DNA from: Azolla caroliniana
Taxonomy: Eukaryota > Plantae > Polypodiophyta
NCBI GenBank assembly: GCA_043228905.1
Contig: JBHGNT010000012.1
Location: 10,602,001 to 10,666,000, forward strand
Length of the DNA stretch: 64,000 bases
Direction of reading: 5' to 3'
Part shown: in pieces, positions 22,196-31,878 of the stretch
How positions within the stretch are numbered: position 1 is the first letter of the stretch
How the letters are laid out: every line of letters starts with the position of its first letter
Position numbers and translations under genes: made by a program
Notes under the pieces: generated by a model
What the model was told of the DNA's origin: nothing
The model's database searches: none
Seen by the model: the letters and a program-made list of their open reading frames with translations, nothing else

Positions 22196-22856
22196 ATAAA
22201 GAGACATAAATGTAAAAAGAAAGGAAATATTTACTACTGCGCAAGGCGTGATTCGAACTCTGCACCTCCACGTTGACAAACCCCAACCTTACCATTACAT
22301 TAAATTATCTTAAGTGTTTTAAATATAGATTTAATATGTATAAGACCTTTATTTATGCATACCTTTATTAAAAGGTAAATCGTGTATTTCTTTAATATAT
22401 GAAAAAGAAAAAACACGAGACACTAAAAATAACTCATGCACATCTAGCGTGCATGAGCCCTATACTTAGGAAATAAAAAAGCATCACATGCACATTTAGT
22501 GGACATGAACACTTTTTGTAAAAAAGAAAAAAAAAAAAGCATGAAGCCATGCTTAGCTCTTCTTTCCTTATATGAGGAGGAGAGAAATATGTAAAGGGTT
22601 GTTGATTATTTGGATTAAGTATTAATCAATACAAAAATTATTCGTGGGATTCACGATTTATACATCTACTTCTCTCTTAACACCCTAAGTACCAATTAAT
22701 ATAGTATACTCGTGTGATTCACGAGTTTCTTATCTTTCTCTTTGCTATTTACTCTTAATTAATCTCTATCTCACGAACTTCTTTCTCCTAGTCCAAGACC
22801 TCTGTGGTTCCCACCCGACTCACGCAACGATCCGCAGCCGAAAGGCACGACACAGT

Positions 22857-22874
22857 TGGTGAACCCGACGTGAA
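22857..22874 (+). promoter_or_regulatory. PBS complementary to tRNA-Trp
   Basis: TGGTGAACCCGACGTGAA is the reverse complement of the recalled plant tRNA-Trp 3' end TTCACGTCGGGTTCA-CCA. Confidence 0.85.
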
Positions 22875-22890
22875 AACGGGTGGCAAGGAG

Positions 22891-24930
22891 ATGGAGGCTC
22901 AACAAGCTAACAATATGATGGCGATGTTCGAACGGATGCTTCAAGAACAACGCACGATGTCGGAGATTTCGGCATCAGTAGAGCGGCTCGTGCAACGCAA
23001 CGGGCAATTTAATGGTAAGGATGTGTCGCGATATTTGCAGGACTACAAGGCGGAGATGCTCCGGTGCCGGGCTTCGGAAGGACTGCAAGTGACATCCTTT
23101 AACCGGGTGGCGACCGACGGGCTTCAAGGGAGTATCCACGGGTTGCAACAACAAAATCCGACGTGGGAAGCATTCGAAGAGGCGTTAAAGACCACGTTTG
23201 CCATCGAGGACTCCTCCAAGGCAACGCGGAGGGGATTCGAGGATTGGGTGGAAACGTCAGGTAAGGGGCTGAAGGTCCTCGAAGTGTTTTCGACATTCGA
23301 AAGTCGGTTCGGGAGGTTGTCCGCGAGAGATCAAACTATTCTTGCACCGGACAAAGTCATCATGTTTTTGCGAGCTGTGGACGTCCGGGACCGGAAAGAT
23401 CTCGGAGTGCTTCTTGAGGACGCGACCACCGAAAGCGGCCTCACCGAAACATGGGAAAGCGTGCGGGATATCGTCGCGCGGTACACGAAGAGGGGGCAAT
23501 GGCTTGCCAACGAAGAAAAGAGGGTTTCGGAACCGATTCCGAAACCGAGAACGGGACTGGAAGACCATCAACCGAGGGCTCGGGAGATTACGGCCGAGAA
23601 GGGAGTCGACGCGTCTACGGTGGAGCAGCTGTTGAAGGAGATGGAGAATCTAAAGATCGCGATGGTGAAGAAGTCGGACGACCGCCCCACAAGCTCCAAA
23701 TATACGGATCGACGGTGCATATGGTGCGATAGCGCCGAACACGATCGGAGGGATTGCGACGACCATAAGGAGGCGCTACGACGGGATCTCATCTACTACG
23801 AGGGAAACCGGATTCATTCGATGGACTCTCGGAAGCCACTCCGACCGAACTTCCGGAAAGGCGGCATGAAGAAGGTGCTCAAGGAGGAGTTAGCGGTAAG
23901 AAGCAACTATGCGACAACCGCGGGAATATGTGTCGGGGAGTCAACGGGAGCGAAGGCGTCTTTCTGGCCGGAGGTGCTAGGAAACACCGAGAAAACCGAC
24001 TCCAACGATATCCGAAACACCGCGGAAGGCGTCCGGGAAGCTACGGGATGGGAGTGCCCTGTCGACAAGAATAGCATATACGCCCTGTGTCAATTACATG
24101 AGGTGTATGTGGACGAGAAACGACGGCGCACGGAGGATGCGGCCGGACCATCGAAGATACCGGAAAGCTGGAACTCCGGAGGTAAGGGAAAAGAAAAGGC
24201 GACTCCGGCATTCAAGCTCGCCTCGGACATAGAACAACAAACCGACTTGAAAAGAGTGTTCGAGGAAAGAATCTTGGATAGCCGGGTAGATTTTTCGCTG
24301 CGGGAACTACTCGGAATAGCGAAGAAGGAGTTTCACGATCTTCTCGTGGATCTCGTAAAAAGGAAGAGACAAAGTACGGAGGAAAATGCTCCAAGGGTGA
24401 ATGCAAATACCGTTTCAATGAACGACACCGAAGTGGAAGGCGAAATTCCGAACTCCCACTATACAAGGCCACACTGGGCACGTGCGACTACGGAGACTCC
24501 GGTCCGAATCGGCAACATCAAAGAACCCGTGCTAGCATTGATTGATCACGGATCGGAGATCAACTTGATGTCCAAGGAGTTCTACCGAAAGGGGAAGTGG
24601 CCTATAAACACCAACCATGGATGGAAGATTCGGGCAGCCACGAAAACGACAGAAGACCTATTTGCGGCTTGTCCGGATGTGACGGTAAAGATCGAGGATG
24701 TCGAAATTGACCAAAATTTCTTTGTGCAGGATGAGGTTTCACATTCTGTCATCCTTGGCCAACCCTTTATCACGGCTTCACGGATGGAGACGAAGGTGCT
24801 CGATAGTGGTGCGGCTTTTGCGCGAATTCGGAGCCAAAACGGAGGGAAATCCGTCCAATTCCTAACAGTGCCGGCAAATCACGAAAGGAACAAGAGGGAA
24901 CTCTTGTCCCAAGTGAGAATGGATTTTTAA
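22891..24930 (+). CDS. gag: Gag-protease polyprotein of element I
   Basis: Open frame; CIWCDSAEHDRRDC knuckle; protease-like ALIDHGSEINLM…VILGQPF. Confidence 0.9.
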   Translation: MEAQQANNMMAMFERMLQEQRTMSEISASVERLVQRNGQFNGKDVSRYLQDYKAEMLRCRASEGLQVTSFNRVATDGLQGSIHGLQQQNPTWEAFEEALKTTFAIEDSSKATRRGFEDWVETSGKGLKVLEVFSTFESRFGRLSARDQTILAPDKVIMFLRAVDVRDRKDLGVLLEDATTESGLTETWESVRDIVARYTKRGQWLANEEKRVSEPIPKPRTGLEDHQPRAREITAEKGVDASTVEQLLKEMENLKIAMVKKSDDRPTSSKYTDRRCIWCDSAEHDRRDCDDHKEALRRDLIYYEGNRIHSMDSRKPLRPNFRKGGMKKVLKEELAVRSNYATTAGICVGESTGAKASFWPEVLGNTEKTDSNDIRNTAEGVREATGWECPVDKNSIYALCQLHEVYVDEKRRRTEDAAGPSKIPESWNSGGKGKEKATPAFKLASDIEQQTDLKRVFEERILDSRVDFSLRELLGIAKKEFHDLLVDLVKRKRQSTEENAPRVNANTVSMNDTEVEGEIPNSHYTRPHWARATTETPVRIGNIKEPVLALIDHGSEINLMSKEFYRKGKWPINTNHGWKIRAATKTTEDLFAACPDVTVKIEDVEIDQNFFVQDEVSHSVILGQPFITASRMETKVLDSGAAFARIRSQNGGKSVQFLTVPANHERNKRELLSQVRMDF

Positions 24931-24984
24931 AGCGGACTGTTGCGGAGTGGGGAAGTGATAGTCCGAGAAGCCCTGATACCCCAC
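24921..24984 (+). promoter_or_regulatory. Predicted -1 ribosomal frameshift signal (G GAU UUU plus H-type pseudoknot)
   Basis: Heptamer at the ORF1 end, 5-nt spacer, 11-bp stem CGGACTGTTGC/GTGATAGTCCG, loop GTGGGG pairing with downstream CCCCAC; the -1 frame is open into pol. Confidence 0.8.
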
Positions 24985-27900
24985 ACAGAAAGAAAACTCT
25001 CGGAGCAAAACAAGTACGAATCGGCCCGGATGGGGCATCTACGTACACGGCCGTAACCGGAGGAATGAAGAAACAATACCGACAAGTGGAGGATAAGTTA
25101 CGGTCGGCATCAATAATAAAAGACGACGAAGAAATCGTGGGAGTGATCGAGGAAGTGTTCTATGGGAATACACTACAACGGCTTGAAGAGCTTGCGGAAG
25201 ATAAAAGCCAAGGGAACCGGGTAGTCCCGGTGGAATCGGTCGAGATGTACGAGATCGTTGCGAAAATGGGGCCGGATGCGCTCCGCAAAGAAGAAGCAAT
25301 GGTAAGTACGAAATACAAGACCGTGGAGAAGAAGGTGAAACCGGCCGCGGGACCACTACCCGCCGATAGCGAACAAAAGAAGAAAGAAGTCTCGGGAGAT
25401 CCGACACTTCGGAAGTCCGTGGATATCGGACATGCCTTCACAGATGAGACCCGGAAGAAACTTCGGATCGGTGGAGGTGGGTTCCTCTTACAAGAAGAAG
25501 AAAAACGGTTTCGAGAGATGTTGGAGCAACATGGCAAAGCATTCGCGTTCACATCGAGGGAGATCGGATGCATTAATCCAAAGATAGTGGAGCCGATGGT
25601 GATTTTCACGATTGATCATGTACCGTGGAACTTGAAGCCGATTCCGGTGCCACGGGCGCATATTCCGAAAGTCATCGACTTGCTCAAGGAGAAGGTGGCG
25701 ATGGGGATTCTAGAGCCATCAAGTGCTCCGTACTCAAATCGATGGTTTACGGTTCCGAAGAAGAATGGGTCACTCCGATTCATCCAAGACTTGCAACCGG
25801 TGAACAAGGTCACGATCCGAAACTCGGGAGTCGGTCCGATAGTGGACGAATTCGCGGAAGCTTTTGCCGGACGTGCGATATACTCCATCGGGGACCTATA
25901 CTCGGGGTATGACCAATTCCAACTAGCCGTGGAGAGCCGAGACATCACTACCATGCGAACACCGATAGGACTAGTTCGAATGTGCACACTACCACAAGGA
26001 GCGACTAACTCGGTTGCACATATGATGAACGCGATGAACAAGGTGCTTCGAGATTGCATCCCGGAGATAACGATGCCGTTTCTAGATGACATTCCGATGA
26101 AAGGATGCGCGGTGGAAGAAAAAGATGAGACTATGGATGATCGGGGATGCCGAAAGTTCGTGGTCGACCATATTCATGATTGCGAGAAAGTGTTGCGAAA
26201 GCTAGAAGATGTGCACCTAACACTTTCCGGGGAGAAATCGGCATTCGGGCAAGAAGAAATATTGGTGGTCGGACATCTATGTGGACCCTACGGCCGAAGA
26301 CCGTCACCAACAAAGATCAATGCGATTCAAGCTATGAAGGAAGTATGTGAGTCAACATCGGAAGTCCGAAGGTTTCTGGGTGCGTGTGCATTCTATCACA
26401 TATGGATTCCGCACTATGCACATATAGCGGACCCGCTCTATCACTTGTTGCGGAAAGGTAAGAAATTCGAGTGGAAACCGGAACACACTAAAGCCATGAG
26501 GAAGCTCAAGAAGACACTATGGAGGGCGGAATCACTTAAGAAGCCAAGCTACGAGCGGCCAATCATAGTAACGGTTGATACAAGTCCAACCGGTATCGGG
26601 TGGGTCATCAATCAAGCCGACTCGGATGGTTCGCGGTATCCGATCCGATTTGGAGCAAAGGTCCTCAACGAAAGGCAACGCGGATATGCACAAGTCAAAA
26701 GAGAATTGTGGGGAGTCGTGTCGGCGATAAAATCGGATCGGGATTATTTGATCGGAGCTGAAGTGGTGATCGAGACGGATTGTCTTCCGATACTCGGGAT
26801 GATGCGGTGTTGTACGATACCGGATGTGGCTATGCTAAGGTGGATTGCATATGTCAAGTCACTTAATCCGGAGGTTCGACACATCTCGGGGAAGGACAAC
26901 GCGGTAGCGGACATGTTATCGAGGGCGCGGTTTGAAGACGACATAACCGAATCAGATAATGAAGAAGTTTCCGAAGACTACTTCGCGTCAGAACACATAT
27001 GCCGAGTGAACGTGATCCGAGAATTCCGGGAAGAAGAATACGAGGGGGAAACCTTGATGATCGGGAAGATGCTACAAGAGGTCGAGGATTCAACCAATGA
27101 TAAAGAAAGGAGAGCCGAGATCCGAAGGAAGAAGAGGCAAGTCCAAAAGTTCTTCTTGGAAAACGGTTTAATATGGAGGACGCCGAAAAGACCGGATGGG
27201 ATACCACTTCGAGTAGTCGGGACGAAAGAGCAACGAAACCGGATAATGTCCGAGTTCCACGAATCCGATTGGGCTGGACATCGAGGAACATGGGCAACTT
27301 TTGTGAAAATCAAGCAAAGATATTGGTGGAAGAACATGTATAAAGATGTCGCGGAGTTCACAGAAAGCTGCGAGAAATGTCAAGTCTACTCCGGGGTCCG
27401 ACACCGAGATGAGCTGCATCCGACATTCTCACCGACAATCAACTTCAAGTGGATGGTCGACATTGTAGCTATGCCGACCGGGATTGGACAAAAGAAATAC
27501 TTGGTGTTAGCTCGAGAAGATCTCACAAACCAAGTTGAAGGTCGAGCGCTTCGGAGGAAAACGTGTGCCGCGGTGTGCCAATTTCTTTTGGAAGAAGTGT
27601 TTTGTAGGTACGGCTGCGTAGGACAAGTGATTGCGGACCGGGGAGAACTCGACTCGGACAAAGCTAGGGGATTCTTCGCCAAACATGGAGTTCGGTTAAC
27701 GTTGACAACGGCCTACAATCCGGAGGCCAACGGGAAGATCGAACGAGGACATAGTCCGATCGTGAAAGCACTTGCGAAGGCATGCGACGGAAGGGTGAAG
27801 GATTGGCCACAAATGCTTCCGTATGCTCTATGGGCGGATCGGACGACGCATAGCTCCGTGACCGGTTACATGCCGGCAGAACTCATGACCGGACAAGCAC

Positions 27901-28532
27901 CGGTAATGCCAACGGAAACCGCAATCGCAACATGGACAATACTACCGTGGAAGGAAGAGATGAGCCGGGAAGAACTACTAGCGGTCCGGATACGACAACT
28001 GGAGGGAAGACCGAAAGATGTAGCGGAAGCGTCACGCCGACAACAAGAAGCACGATTCCGGAACAAAAGCCGGTTCGACACAAAGCACCGACTACGACCG
28101 AGGAGGATTGAAGAAGGAGATTGGGTGATCGTATATGATAGTAGCTTGGACCATCAACATACAACGATGCGGAAATTCGCGAAAAGGTGGTTCGGGCCGT
28201 ACGAGGTTCGGAAGGTCTTCGACAACGGGACGTACCGACTGTCCGAGTTGGATGGAACAATACTACGAGTGCCTATAGCCGGGAAGCGGGTGAAGATTTT
28301 TAAGAAGCGGACCGACGACAAACCTTATGTGATCCAAGTCGAGGCCGACAACGAGGAGCAATCGGACGAAGACCACAATGATGCGGGAAGCGAAGAAAGT
28401 GGATTACAACTCATAGTCGACATAAGGGGAGAATCGGAGGAAGCTTCGGATGAAGACGGATACGAAGAATCAAGAACTTCGGCACATACCGGAGGATGTG
28501 CGGGTTTGGAGGGGGCGAGTGTCGTAGTGTAG
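24921..28532 (+). CDS. pol: Pol of element I (RT, RNase H, integrase, no chromodomain), reached by -1 frameshift; first in-frame ATG at 25065
   Basis: DLYSGYDQF, LPQG, FLDD, TVDTS, HESDWAGHRG…CEKC, WMVDIV, ADRGE, NGKIERGH, WFGPY. Confidence 0.93.
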   Translation, partial: GFLKRTVAEWGSDSPRSPDTPHRKKTLGAKQVRIGPDGASTYTAVTGGMKKQYRQVEDKLRSASIIKDDEEIVGVIEEVFYGNTLQRLEELAEDKSQGNRVVPVESVEMYEIVAKMGPDALRKEEAMVSTKYKTVEKKVKPAAGPLPADSEQKKKEVSGDPTLRKSVDIGHAFTDETRKKLRIGGGGFLLQEEEKRFREMLEQHGKAFAFTSREIGCINPKIVEPMVIFTIDHVPWNLKPIPVPRAHIPKVIDLLKEKVAMGILEPSSAPYSNRWFTVPKKNGSLRFIQDLQPVNKVTIRNSGVGPIVDEFAEAFAGRAIYSIGDLYSGYDQFQLAVESRDITTMRTPIGLVRMCTLPQGATNSVAHMMNAMNKVLRDCIPEITMPFLDDIPMKGCAVEEKDETMDDRGCRKFVVDHIHDCEKVLRKLEDVHLTLSGEKSAFGQEEILVVGHLCGPYGRRPSPTKINAIQAMKEVCESTSEVRRFLGACAFYHIWIPHYAHIADPLYHLLRKGKKFEWKPEHTKAMRKLKKTLWRAESLKKPSYERPIIVTVDTSPTGIGWVINQADSDGSRYPIRFGAKVLNERQRGYAQVKRELWGVVSAIKSDRDYLIGAEVVIETDCLPILGMMRCCTIPDVAMLRWIAYVKSLNPEVRHISGKDNAVADMLSRARFEDDITESDNEEVSEDYFASEHICRVNVIREFREEEYEGETLMIGKMLQEVEDSTNDKERRAEIRRKKRQVQKFFLENGLIWRTPKRPDGIPLRVVGTKEQRNRIMSEFHESDWAGHRGTWATFVKIKQRYWWKNMYKDVAEFTESCEKCQVYSGVRHRDELHPTFSPTINFKWMVDIVAMPTGIGQKKYLVLAREDLTNQVEGRALRRKTCAAVCQFLLEEVFCRYGCVGQVIADRGELDSDKARGFFAKHGVRLTLTTAYNPEANGKIERGHSPIVKALAKACDGRVKDWPQMLPYALWADRTTHSSVTGYMPAELMTGQAPVMPTETAIATWTILPWKEEMSREELLAVRIRQLEGRPKDVAEASRRQQEARFRNKSRFDTKHRLRPRRIEEGDWVIVYDSSLDHQHTTMRKFAKRWFGPYEVRKVFDNGTYRLSELDGTILRVPIAGKRVKIFKKRTDDKPYVIQVEADNEEQSDEDHNDAGSEESGLQLIVDIRGESEEASDEDGYEESRTSAHTGGCAGLEGASVVV

Positions 28533-29381
28533 GTTGCACACTATGTGGAAATTATATTTTTGTCCCTCCGGATAGAGAATGGAGTGCTCGGTGAGAACCG
28601 GAAGAAAACGGCAACCGGCAAGGAAGAAAACGGCATACCGGCAAGGAGGAAAAACGGCATACCGGCAAGGAGGAAAACGGCATACCGGCAAGGAAGAAAA
28701 CGGCATACCGGCAAGGAAGAGCCGGATAAAGAGACATAAATGTAAAAAGAAAGGAAATATTTACTACTGCGCAGGGCGTGATTCGAACTCTGCACCTCCA
28801 CGTTGACAAACCCCAACCTTACCATTACATTAAATTATCTTAAGTGTTTTAAATATAGATTTAATATGTATAAGACCTTTATTTATGCATACCTTTATTA
28901 AAAGGTAAATCGTGTATTTCTTTAATATATGAAAAAGAAAAAACACGAGACACTAAAAATAACTCATGCACATCTAGCGTGCATGAGCCCTATACTTAGG
29001 AAATAAAAAAGCATCACATGCACATTTAGTGGACATGAACACTTTTTGTAAAAAAAAAAAAAAAAAAGCATGAAGCCATGCTTAGCTCTTCTTTCCTTAT
29101 ATGAGGAGGAGAGAAATATGTAAAGGGTTGTTGATTATTTGGATTAAGTATTAATCAATACAAAAATTATTCGTGGGATTCACGATTTATACATCTACTT
29201 CTCTCTTAACACCCTAAGTACCAATTAATATAGTATACTCGTGTGATTCACGAGTTTCTTATCTTTCTCTTTGCTATTTACTCTTAATTAATCTCTATCT
29301 CACGAACTTCTTTCTCCTAGTCCAAGACCTCTGTGGTTCCCACCCGACTCACGCAACGATCCGCAGCCGAAAGGCACGACA

Positions 29382-31440
29382 ACGCAATATCTTCATCAGA
29401 TCGGATTTCGAATGTCAAAATCCGATACTTCTTTGTACATCCGAAACGAGTCAATAGCCCGATCGTCATCATCCTTTACGTGGATGATTTGGTCAACAGA
29501 GGAACGGATCTCACCGAGATTCACAAGGTCAAATCACTTGTTTCCGGCAGATTCAAAATGAAAGACCTGCAGCTCCATTACTTCCTTCGCATTGAAGTAA
29601 TTCGGACACCAGTCGAAATAATGATTTCTCAACGGCACTACATTCTCAACCTTCTGTACAAGTTCAGAATGACCGAGTGCAAACCTGTGTCTACCCCTCT
29701 CGATCATAATCTCAAGATTGGTGCCGATTCCAGCACAACCGAGTGCGAACCATCTCAGTATCGTCAATTGATCGGCAACTTAATCTATCTCACCATTACA
29801 CGACCCGACCTCAGTTATTCGGTCGACCTACTTAGTCAATTCATGCGAAATCCGTGAAACCTTCATCTTGATTGCGCTAAGAGGATACTTCGGTATGTCA
29901 GTACTACGATGGAGTATGGCATTATGTATTAGTCAAATACGACCATTTGACTCGTAGGATACACAGACGCGGACTGGGCAGGATACAAAGCGGATAGATG
30001 ATCCAGATCTGGATTCGTCTTCTCCCTCGAAAGTAGAGCGATATCCTAGAGCAGTAAGAAGCAGCCGACAATCGCACTGTCGAGCACAAAAGCCGAATAA
30101 AAGGGCGCGGCAGTCGCAGCATGCGGAGCCGTATGGCTCAAGCGCATACTGAAGGATCTGGGTGTTCCCATTACGGATCCAATTTGCCTCTTCTACGACA
30201 ACATGAGTAGCATTTACCTCGCTTGAAACCCCGTTGTCACGAAAATACGATGAGGACACGTGAACTTGAGGTAGGACCCTAGCGCCTACTACCAAAGGAT
30301 ATCAAATTCGTGCGTTTTTGTATTAAGAATTAATCGATATGACAAAGTTTAATAAATTTTATTAGTAAAGAAAGAGAAAAATTACAATATGTCCCAAGAT
30401 TGGGATTCAGAAGGTTTAGGTTTTTACTAAGATTAATAGAAAAGAAAAATTAGGGGTTTTGAGAGATATGGCTTCCGTAGGGAAAATTAAGGTTTTTGAG
30501 TCTTATGCCTTCCGTAAGATAAGGGAGAGAAGGAAAAGAAAATAAAATGGAGAGAGCGCAGAGTGTAGGAAAAAAATGGAAATTTTATATGGGTTTCTTT
30601 GTTGATCCCTCCTTTCATGTTCCTTTCCCTCCCCCACTTTTAGTTGCATGGCTTTTAGTTGCATGGCCTCCACTTTTAGTTGCTTGGCCTTTATTTTTAG
30701 TTGCATGGCCTCCTTTTTTTAGTTGCTTCGCCTTTACTTTTAGTTGCATGCTACCATTTGTATAATTCGGCCACATGATCCACAATCATCCATAAAGTTC
30801 AGCCCGTGCGTCGCAACCAAACCATAGATGTGTTTGCACGTGCGCGTCCCGACCGCACAGTGTACGCATCCGCGCATGCGCGTCTCGACCGGGCTGTACA
30901 CCGTGACCCAAAATTATTTGAGCCATTCATCCACACAGTTTAGCCCAAGTCACCTTGAACATTTTGTGCTTCACACATAGACATAAAGTAATAGGTTTTG
31001 GCTCTCCTTATATAATATGGGATCCAATGTTGTCCTATCTATGTGGGATATCTCATAGGTTTGTTTTTCCTAATCTTCTCAAACTTCACACTCACATAAC
31101 TTGATACTTATTTATCTGTTTCATGTGTAGAAAAATGCGTTATGAAGCTCTTCAAGATATCTATCTTCCCATATCAATACATTAAGCTAATATTAAATAC
31201 TTATTTTACTAGTTTTCATATCGTGTGTGAAAAACCACACGACACCGTCTTCCACGAGCAGACTAAACACATCGAACTGCACTACCACTTCATCCGCGAG
31301 CGCGTACAAGCCGGAGAAATCGATCTACAACATATCAGTACGCACCTCCAGATTACTGATATTTTTACGAAGGCCTTAAGAGTCGACAAGCTCGGGCAAT
31401 TCACATCGGACCTTGGTCTCACAACATCCATATTGCCAAG
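29382..31440 (+). pseudogene. Copia G RT/RNase H remainder, split by solo LTR J
   Basis: ILYVDDLV, YLTITRPDL, GYTDADWAG, NPV|FHEQTKHIELHYHFIRE. Confidence 0.88.
30235..31244 (+). mobile_element. Solo LTR J (Gypsy, Phygy-like termini), 4-bp TSD CCGT; internal TTTTAGTTGCATGGCC repeats ~30637-30750
   Basis: TGTCACG…CACGACA termini; removal restores the NPVFHE frame of Copia RNase H. Confidence 0.85.
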
Positions 31441-31839
31441 CTGGAGGGGGAGTACTACGAGCCATAGCAATTGATCGAGTACGCAACATGCAACAATACG
31501 TGAGTACGCAACACGTAGTTAGTCAAACCGAGCACGAAGCCGAAAAGCAGAACAATTCAGTTCGAGGATTACGAACGTCGGAAGTCGAATTTCGAAGACC
31601 GAACCGAAACAACTTTTCGACAGACGGAAGTTGTGTTCGAAGGGGCGTGTTGAGAGTCGAACACAACTTCCCATAGTAATAGGTTTCACACTAGCTCATG
31701 GTTATACCAAGCTAGTTTTGTAAATAGTAGAAAGGGCACCTGCCCTAGTTTAGTTTGTATTTAAATCAACCCCTTGTAACTTAGTTACCGTTGGAAGTAT
31801 TTTGGTTAATGTAACATACAGTCTTTTATCTCTATCTTA

Positions 31840-31878
<39 letters not shown>

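Larger units (their letters stand above)
21990..29381 (+). mobile_element. Apparently intact, very young Phygy-like Gypsy element I (LTRs 21990-22852 and 28520-29381; 4-bp TSD ACGC)
   Basis: Near-identical LTRs, PBS, PPT GGAGGGGGCGAG (28508-28519), two uninterrupted ORFs; removal restores the Copia G RT frame (KITQYL). Confidence 0.96.

Noticed and set aside
29333-29857. 174-aa ORF starting MVPTRL as a new gene
   Set aside because: LTR tip read into the interrupted Copia RT; starts at GTG
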